DNA of 64,000 nucleotides from Eledone cirrhosa (Eukaryota): NCBI GenBank assembly GCA_964016885.1, contig OZ024747.1, positions 84,878,001 to 84,942,000 of the forward strand, read 5' to 3'. Shown piece by piece: positions 54,934 to 64,000 of this stretch (position 1 is its first letter; each line of letters starts with the position of its first letter). The notes under the pieces were generated by a model. It saw only the letters and a program-made list of their open reading frames with translations, ran no database searches and was not told where the DNA came from. The position numbers and the translations under genes were made by a program.

Positions 54934-56321
54934 TGAGAGATAAAGAGAGAGAAATATTGCAGGGCATCCCACCCGACGCTCTAACGACTCTTTCAGTCCA
55001 GCGCTCTGCATTAAGTACTTTATTTTATCAAGACCAGAAGGATGAAAAGAAAAGTAGTAGTTCGCGGCATGATTTGAAATTAAAACACCAGGGGCTGGAA
55101 TATATATCACGAGACTTTTTATCTGACGCTGTACTGCTTCAACCAACTGATCGCTATTTTGGGTAGAGGGTCGGACGCCATGCTTTGCATCAAAGAGTTA
55201 CGGCCCTTTATGGTCTGAGTTCAAATCCCGCTGAGATTAACGTTGCCTTTCATTCTTACGGGGTCGATAAAATAAAGTACCAGTAATACACTGGGATGAT
55301 TGCTGGCCTTGTGCCAAAAGAAGAAACACTTATTTTGAGACTTAAACGTCCAATGTAGTTAGTATTCGTAAACATACGTAATAAAAACTAAATTAAAATA
55401 ATAATATAAAATAGAGGTACAACATCAATTCTCCGGAATAACAGACGTCAAGTAATAATTGTTTCTACTTTTGGCACAAGGCCAGCAATTACCCAGTACA
55501 TTACTGGTACTTTATTTTATCGACTCCGTAAGGATGAAAGGCAAAGTTAACCTCGACGGGATTTGAACTCAGACCGTAAAGGGACGTAACTATGCTGGAA
55601 AGCATGGTGTCCGACCTTCTAGCGATACCGCCAATTCACCGCCCTTAACCTGGGCGGGATTTGAACTCAGATCATAAAGGGCCGTAATTCTTTGCTGCAA
55701 AGCATGGCGTCAGACCCTCTACCGATACTACCAATCTACACCTTAAATATAATAATATAAACGCATAAACGTTTTGTCACTTGTTTAGAAGTTATAACTA
55801 GGGGTAAAATATGTTAAGAATTTCCCCAATTCACCCGAGATGTAGCAGTTGTTAATAGCTAGATGCTTAGATCATTGGAAATGACACATAACGCCACCTG
55901 TGGTCGCCTACTAAACTATTTTGGTGTGTTGCAGGTAATTCAAGAGTCTGCACATGATTATGCTAATATTAAATGTCGAACTGGACTATCGATTGCCAGA
56001 AAATCATTGTACCTGTATTTCAATCACTCCTTCACATCGGAATGAAACCAATTTAAAATCTCTCTAAATTCTTGATTAGTTAAAAAAATCAATTGAAAAT
56101 CAGAGACAGTATATTTCTATTAGAAATATGGTAATGAATTATTGAATACTAGTGTCAACTAATTCACTAGTTCAACGTTGTATGGACTCGTAACTTCTGG
56201 TAGAGTTATAGGGGCGCTATAACGAATAAGTGTTTCTACTTTATACGGTGTTTCTTGAGCATTTAAAACCTGGCGGAGTCCTTCACTCACCAGGTTTGAA
56301 CACAACCGATTTATTACAGAG

Positions 56322-56366
<45 letters not shown>

Positions 56367-56720
56367 TTGACCTCGGCAAGTTTGAATTCAGAGAGCAAAG
56401 AGTCGAAACAAAATCACGAAGTATTCTATACGACGTTTCAATTCGTGGCTTGAGTTCAGCATTGCAGAATAATGGTTTCTTATTTAGGTACAAGGCTAGC
56501 AAATTTGGGGAGGGGCAAAGTCGATTAAATCGACCCCAGTATATTACTGATGTTTTATTTATCGACCCTGTAAGGTTGAAAGGCAAAGCTAACCTCAGCG
56601 GAATATGAACTCACAACGGAAAGGGCCGTAACACATCATGTTGTCCGGCGCCCTACAAATACTGCAAACCCACCGAATAATTTTTGATGGACGAGTCACA
56701 GTTTAACATCACTGAACTTG

Positions 56721-56753
<33 letters not shown>

Positions 56754-57107
56754 CTTTTGAAGGGTCACCAGTCACTTCCGTATATTCACCTGAAATATAT
56801 ATTGGTGGGTGGAAGGCATGAATAGTTTGACTCACGATACGGGCATACCTTGCTTTGTTTTGTTTCTTTGTTGTCCTTTTCATTCGTTGCTTTAATGCGA
56901 ATCTAATATAGACACCACCCCACCTGCACTCACATACACATATGCATAAATATATAGACATGTATAACACACATACACACATATATACATACGTATAAAA
57001 ACAGACATATAAATACATATATATACATATAGGAAAAAAGAGTCAGGATCCGGACGGTTAAGCTCCGCCGTTTCGACAGCTAGATCCGAACCATGTATAT
57101 ATATATA

Positions 57108-57353
57108 CAATGATATTAAATAAATGGAAACTATATTTATAAAACCCTATTTATTCTATTATATATATTTCAAAGGTATATATATTTCAATTTTTGGTAC
57201 CCTTGAAATATATATAATAGAATAAATAGGGTTTTATAAATATAGTTTCCATTTATTTAATATCATTGAATACTTACTCCAGAAAACTGTCGAGTGCTCT
57301 GAATCAGTTATAAACATTTATATTTGTTGGATTTCCAACAAATTAAATATCTC

Positions 57354-57357
<4 letters not shown>
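57108..57357. mobile_element. Palindromic pLTR fragment related to the adjacent PLE family
   Basis: Arms span 57108-57268 and are homologous to 63011-63080 (gaaatat.tataat..aataaata.ggttttataaatatagtttccatttatt); (TA)n on both sides. Confidence 0.75.
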
Positions 57358-57427
<70 letters not shown>

Positions 57428-58071
57428 ATATATATACACATACACCTATTGGAATTTCTTAGTTAAGGAACTAGGGAGAGACCTAGTTTAAATGAGTACT
57501 CAATACATTAATAAGAGTCGAGTTAATCTGCAGAAAAAAATATCTATTGACATGGCAAGGCAAGCCCTACAAAGAAATGTCTTTGGAAGGCTTGCCACGG
57601 CAACACACACAAACACACACACACACACACACTGTCTGTGTATATATTATGTGTGTGTGCACTCGTCTTTTTACATACGAAACCTAAAACCAGCGTCGTG
57701 AAACCCTCCCACTCTAGTTGTGTGTCTATGGTTGTATTTGTGGGGGAGTGGTGGTGTAGAGGTGTGTCGGCTGACGGTCCAGAATTAATTGTGACAGTAA
57801 CACACCAATAAATTACGTAATAATGACCAATCCCTCTCTCTCTCTCTCTCTCTGCTTCCCCCTCACCCTCTATCTCCTTTTCCTTCTCATCCTTCCCTCT
57901 TCTCCCCTCTCTCTCCCTCACAGCCTCTATTTCTTACTTTCTCTCTTTGCGCATATATATATATACAATATATATATAATATATATATATATAAATACAT
58001 ATGTATATATATATGTATATATATATATACACGATATTAATAAATGGAAACTATATTTATAAAACCATATT

Positions 58072-58136
58072 TATTTCATTATACATATTTCAGGGATACC
58101 AAATTAAATTATGGTATGCCTTCATCAGACAAAATA
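58072..58136 (-). ncRNA. Minimal type I hammerhead ribozyme (sense to the PLE ORF)
   Basis: Exact reverse complement of 62976-63040. Confidence 0.8.
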
Positions 58137-59939
58137 CAATATATAACAGTTTTACAAATAAGCTTTGACGTACCCGTTTAAAATGCAACCATTATTTTTG
58201 GAAGCCATCTGGATAGTGAATTGTTTATATTATTTTAATAAGTCTTAGTGCTAAGGACAATTAGAAAAAGACGGAGAGAAAGAAAAAAGACGGAGAGAGA
58301 GAAAAAAGAAAAAGAAAAAACGTGGAGAAATATCGGAGAGAGAGAAATGCATGGAGAAAAAAGAGAGAGATAAATAAAGACAGGAGGAAAGAAAGAAAAA
58401 AGAAAAAAGGAAGAAATAAGAAAAACAGAGGAAAGCAACAGAGAGATATCAAGTCATCAAACAGATAGAAAAACTCAAGAGAGAGAAATAATATATATAG
58501 AGAGGGGGAGATAATGAAAACTTTACGTTATGTCATATTAAGTTGAGTTAACAATTTATATGAAATGAATAATAAAAGTATAAATATTAATATTCATGAA
58601 TGGGACATAAATATATAATATGAAAAATTAAACATTGTTTAATAATGATTATATGTTTAGTTTAAAACTTGAGATCAATATACTAAAATTTGAGAAACCA
58701 CTATCTCACGGCAAAGATAGACAAATATATATATATATATACACACGTCCTGAAAATGGAAATTATATCTACTCAGGTTTACAATATAGACATACAAAAC
58801 GCAAATGATTTCTCTTAATCACTGCTATACATTCCTTGTGTTATAAAAAGTTCACAGTATATATACATAAATATATACGATTAACATTCATGCCTTCATA
58901 TATACGATTACCATTCATGTATTTAACATTCTGTTAAAATTATGCATATCTGCAATCAAAACTGCGTGGGTAAGCATGCACAGACATAACTCACCCACAC
59001 ACATAGATATACATATATATATATACACATACATATGTATAAATAAATAAATATTTGCGTGCGTCTTCACCAATTGTTAGACCCGCATCGCTCATGTACA
59101 CATACAGACAGATATACAATCATAAAAAACCTATAACACTTTTATATGCATGTTAATACACACATACACATCTGTATAGAGATAATCAAATATCAATATA
59201 TTACTAAAGGATTATACTTTGGAAATATAATTATAACAATATAAATTTTAAATACCAAAGGATTATATTTTGGAAATACAATTATATCAGTATAGTCAAA
59301 AGGACAAACGAATTCTAGAGATATCAAAACATTAAATATCTTTAAAAACACTATAGAGTATCTTAAGTTAAAATAATATGTTTCATATATTTAGTATAGA
59401 AATTTATCCTACGTATATTTTAATCAAGATATTGAAAGGGTAGACTTATGAAAATTATGAGAAGCTATCAGAGTCAAAACAAACCTAATAAAAATAAATA
59501 AAAATAAAAATAAAAATAAAAATAAAAATAAAAATAAAAATAAAAATAAAAATAAAAATAAAAATAAAAATAAAAATAAAAATAAAAATAAAAATAAAAA
59601 TAAAAATAAAAGTTAAATAAATATTATATCAATATAATTTTAAAATTTTAAAATTTTAAAAAAGTTTAAAAAATTAAAAAATTAAAAAATTAAAAAATTA
59701 AAAAATTCAAAAATTAAAAAAATTAAAAAAAACCAAGGATTCTACAGATATCCTTATATTTAGTATAGAGATTTATCTTACGTATATTTTATTTAAGACA
59801 CTGGAAGTATAAACATTTTAGAGTAGTTTATTATATCTATGTTTATATTTAGGAAGAAAATTTAAAACGAAAAAGGTGAAGGAATCTAATGATTTATCGA
59901 CAGGTTTCATATATTAACTAAATTACTTAATTACTTATA

Positions 59940-61488
59940 CTACATTTTAAATTTATATTTATATTTAAACGTTGAGTTCAATCTATGTCTGCAGCAACTG
60001 AATAAATTATTCCTTAAATTAAGGGAATTTTTGGACTTTAATATAAAGAATATTTCTTCAATACAAAGATCACAATTTTCTGAAGAGGAATTAAAAGGAG
60101 TAGCTTTTGAAATAATATTCCAAGTCATCGAATATTTAACATTATCTCGTTTAAGGTCCCATAGTAGGCTAGATAGCGAAGTTGAAGATTTTTTGTTTGG
60201 ATCTGTGAAAGAATTTTTATGATTATTGAAGCGAAATTTAAATTCTGTAGAGGTAGAACCGACATAGTTAAATGAATTTAAATTAGTTTTAACATTACAA
60301 TTGTACACTACATTTTTAGCTAAGCAGTTGTTACTTAACGGACAGTTAGATTTATTTCTACAGTTACATTTATTCAATTGAATATTGCTTGGGTTATTAT
60401 TGGTATTTTGGTTAGGTTTTAAGTTTCTATTATTAATTCTATTAATATTTTGTGCTAAATTTTTGGTGGACGAGTAAGTTAATTTTATAGTATGTCTATT
60501 AAAAATTAAGTAATATTTATGTGTTCTAGGGAAGCGTTTGTCAAGAGCTTTAAAGAATAGTTTAGCAATAGGGGTTTTAATATTTAGTGAGAAAGGGGGA
60601 GTAAACCATAATATATTTCTAGTTCTATTTCTTTTTCGGCTTTTGGAATTATTGTAATGTTTTCTATTATAGTTGTTAAAGTTGTTACCATAATTAAAAT
60701 TGTTATTATTTTGGTTAGTTTGCTTATTATTATTATTATCGATGTATTTAATTTTATTTCTATATCCAGCTCTACCTAACGCTTGGTTGTAATACTGCGC
60801 TTTTTCATCAAATATATTTTTATTAGATGAAATTCTTGAAATTCGTTCTTGAACAGAGTTCACTATAGTATTTTTAACAGATCTGGGGTGATTAGAGTTA
60901 AAATTAACATAATTCAAGTTCTCATTTAGTTTGTGAAATGGATAATGAAGACATGTGTTGAGATTTAATGTTACATCAAGAAAATTGACTATTTTATGGT
61001 TATTCTCTATTTCTACTTTTAGATTAAGGTAATTAAAAAATTGTATAATTTGTTTTCTTTTTCTATTTACAGCTATTATTTTCTATAAGTAAAAGCATGT
61101 CATCACGATATAAGCCTCCGGTTACACCTGGTATTTTTCTATGTAGCGAATTAATTATAAATAGGCCTACAAGGTCCGTTACCTGAGCTGAGTCTGATGA
61201 TCCCATAGTTATGTCGAAATTATTATTTCTATCTGCCCTAGTCCAGAGTTGGTTATTAAATTCTATCAATGTTTTCCTTGCCGATAATATAATGTGCATT
61301 TCATTGCTAGTTAGGTCTGTATGTTTAAATGCGTAATTTAGTGCCTTATTCAGTAGATTAGGAGTGATAGATGAATAGTAGTTAGCAATATCCAGCTGAA
61401 TAAACTTATTATTATAGTTATATTTAATTTCTTTAAACCAATTCATAACCTCACTAGTCCCTTTCCATAATTTTAAGTAAGATAAATT
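59940..61488 (-). pseudogene. PLE reverse transcriptase plus C-terminal GIY-YIG endonuclease; 5'-truncated, one frameshift near 61065
   Basis: RT motifs LWKGTSEVMNWF, FIQLDIANYYSSI, MGSSDSAQVTDLVGL, GLYRDDML, VNFLDVTLNL, YVNFNSNHP; linker CNCRNKSNCPLSNNC; GIY-YIG NVVY...YVGST..FKFRFNNHK; C-terminal CDLCIEE...CCRH. ORFs 61063..61446 and 59940..60917 are in different frames, bridged by readable coding sequence. Confidence 0.9.
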
Positions 61489-62975
61489 TGTTGTATTACT
61501 ACAACAAATTAAAAACTTACCTAATTTATCTTACTTAAAATTATGGAAAGGGACTAGTGAGGTTATTTTTATTTTTATTTTTATTTTTATTTTTATTTTT
61601 ATTTTTATTTTTATTTATTTTTATTAGGTTTGTTTTGACTCTGATAGCTTCTCATAATTTTCATAAGTCTACCCTTTCAATATCTTGATTAAAATATACG
61701 TAGGATAAATTTCTATACTAAATATATGAAACATATTATTTTAACTTAAGATACTCTATAGTGTTTTTAAAGATATTTAATGTTTTGATATCTCTAGAAT
61801 TCGTTTGTCCTTTTGACTATACTGATATAATTGTATTTCCAAAATATAATCCTTTGGTATTTAAAATTTATATTGTTATAATTATATTTCCAAAGTATAA
61901 TCCTTTAGTAATATATTGATATTTGATTATCTCTATACAGATGTGTATGTGTGTATTAACATGCATATAAAAGTGTTATAGGTTTTTTATGATTGTATAT
62001 CTGTCTGTATGTGTACATGAGCGATGCGGGTCTAACAATTGGTGAAGACGCACGCAAATATTTATTTATTTATACATATGTATGTGTATATATATATATG
62101 TATATCTATGTGTGTGGGTGAGTTATGTCTGTGCATGCTTACCCACGCAGTTTTGATTGCAGATATGCATAATTTTAACAGAATGTTAAATACATGAATG
62201 GTAATCGTATATATGAAGGCATGAATGTTAATCGTATATATTTATGTATATATACTGTGAACTTTTTATAACACAAGGAATGTATAGCAGTGATTAAGAG
62301 AAATCATTTGCGTTTTGTATGTCTATATTGTAAACCTGAGTAGATATAATTTCCATTTTCAGGACGTGTGTATATATATATATATATTTGTCTATCTTTG
62401 CCGTGAGATAGTGGTTTCTCAAATTTTAGTATATTGATCTCAAGTTTTAAACTAAACATATAATCATTATTAAACAATGTTTAATTTTTCATATTATATA
62501 TTTATGTCCCATTCATGAATATTAATATTTATACTTTTATTATTCATTTCATATAAATTGTTAACTCAACTTAATATGACATAACGTAAAGTTTTCATTA
62601 TCTCCCCCTCTCTATATATATTATTTCTCTCTCTTGAGTTTTTCTATCTGTTTGATGACTTGATATCTCTCTGTTGCTTTCCTCTGTTTTTCTTATTTCT
62701 TCCTTTTTTCTTTTTTCTTTCTTTCCTCCTGTCTTTATTTATCTCTCTCTTTTTTCTCCATGCATTTCTCTCTCTCCGATATTTCTCCACGTTTTTTCTT
62801 TTTCTTTTTTCTCTCTCTCCGTCTTTTTTCTTTCTCTCCGTCTTTTTCTAATTGTCCTTAACACTAAGACTTATTAAAATAATATAAACAATTCACTATC
62901 CAGATGGCTTCCAAAAATAATGGTTGCATTTTAAACGGGTACGTCAAAGCTTATTTGTAAAACTGTTATATATTG

Positions 62976-63040
62976 TATTTTGTCTGATGAAGGCATACCA
63001 TAATTTAATTTGGTATCCCTGAAATATGTATAATGAAATA
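62976..63040 (+). ncRNA. Minimal type I hammerhead ribozyme in PLE pLTR
   Basis: Stem I tattttgt/atgaaata (two G-U pairs), CTGATGA 62984-62990, stem II agg-c-atacca...tggtat-c-cct, GAAA 63021-63024, near-palindromic stem III ATATGTAT, cleavage after UA at 63032. Confidence 0.8.
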
Positions 63041-63256
63041 AATATGGTTTTATAAATATAGTTTCCATTTATTAATATCGTGTATATATATATATACATA
63101 TATATATACATATGTATTTATATATATATATATTATATATATATTGTATATATATATATGCGCAAAGAGAGAAAGTAAGAAAGAGAGGCTGTGAGGGAGA
63201 GAGAGGGGAGAAGAGGGAAGGATGAGAAGGAAAAGGAGATAGAGGGTGAGGGGGAA

Positions 63257-63305
<49 letters not shown>

Positions 63306-63783
63306 TTGGTCATTATTACCTAATTTATTGGTGTGTTACTGTCACAATTAATTCTGGACCGTCAGCCGACACACCTCTACACCACCACTCCCCCACAAAT
63401 ACAACCATAGACACACAACTAGAGTGGGAGGGTTTCGCGACTTTGGTTTTAGGTTTGGTATGTAAAAAGACGAGTGCACACACACATACATATATACACA
63501 GACACACACACACACACAGACAGACATACACATACACAGACACGTACACACAGAGACAGACACACACACAGAGACACCCCCCACACACAGGCACACACAC
63601 TCACACACCCCCACACACACTGACAGACAGACATACAGACAGACACACACAGACACACACACATACATACACACCCTCACACCCACACACATACACACAC
63701 ACATACACACACACACATACACATAAACAAGGTGGGCTAGTTAGTTAAACCATTTTTTTTACGATCGTTTCCGAGTGCAAAAG

Positions 63784-63870
63784 TCTTCTTCTTCTTCTTC
63801 TTCTTCTTCTTCTTCTTCTTCTTCTTCTTCTTCTTCTTCTTCTTCTTCTTCTTCTTCTTCTTCTTCTTCT
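63784..63870. repeat. (TTC)n microsatellite
   Basis: Direct inspection. Confidence 0.95.
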
Positions 63871-64000
63871 AGTTATTGCTCAGATTGAAATATTAATACT
63901 GGAGATTGTAATATATAGACACATATCTATATATTGATGCTAGGAATTGCACGGGTGTTGTCACTACTTCTATTTGTTTTTCTTGTTGAAACACGTGTAA

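Larger units (their letters stand above)
57633..63504 (-). mobile_element. Penelope-like retroelement, 5'-truncated, with an inverted duplication of its 3' region and pLTR
   Basis: RT and GIY-YIG ORF on the minus strand (59940 to about 61490), flanked by near-identical inverted arms at about 57633-59550 and 61563-63504. Each arm contains a hammerhead motif followed by (TA)n. Confidence 0.9.

Overview
AT-rich, intron-containing animal genomic DNA, probably octopus (inferred from the SINE families and microsatellite load, not proven). It holds two convergent protein-coding genes. The first is a complete 8-exon C19orf44/DUF4614-like gene (+, 1291-10401, about 689 aa, all splice phases consistent). 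The second is a 3-exon fragment of a cysteine-rich, probably secreted Argos/giant-lens- or scoloptoxin-11-like protein (-, 16571-21068; signal-peptide exon not securely found). The rest is repeat-dense: tRNA-derived SINEs, fragments of RTE, R4/Dong, Tx1/L1 and R2/Hero LINEs, a mariner relic, hAT MITEs with 8-bp target-site duplications (TSDs), a solo LTR, and many micro- and minisatellites. The most striking signal is a 5'-truncated Penelope-like element (PLE; RT plus GIY-YIG) inside a roughly 1.9-kb inverted repeat, with a minimal hammerhead ribozyme in each arm. Alongside it are about ten small (TA)n-embedded palindromes or pseudo-LTR (pLTR) fragments from several sequence families, carrying intact, half or decayed hammerheads. 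Their fold-back points repeatedly fall at or inside the ribozyme helices. All calls come from manual reading; no searches or folding programs were run.
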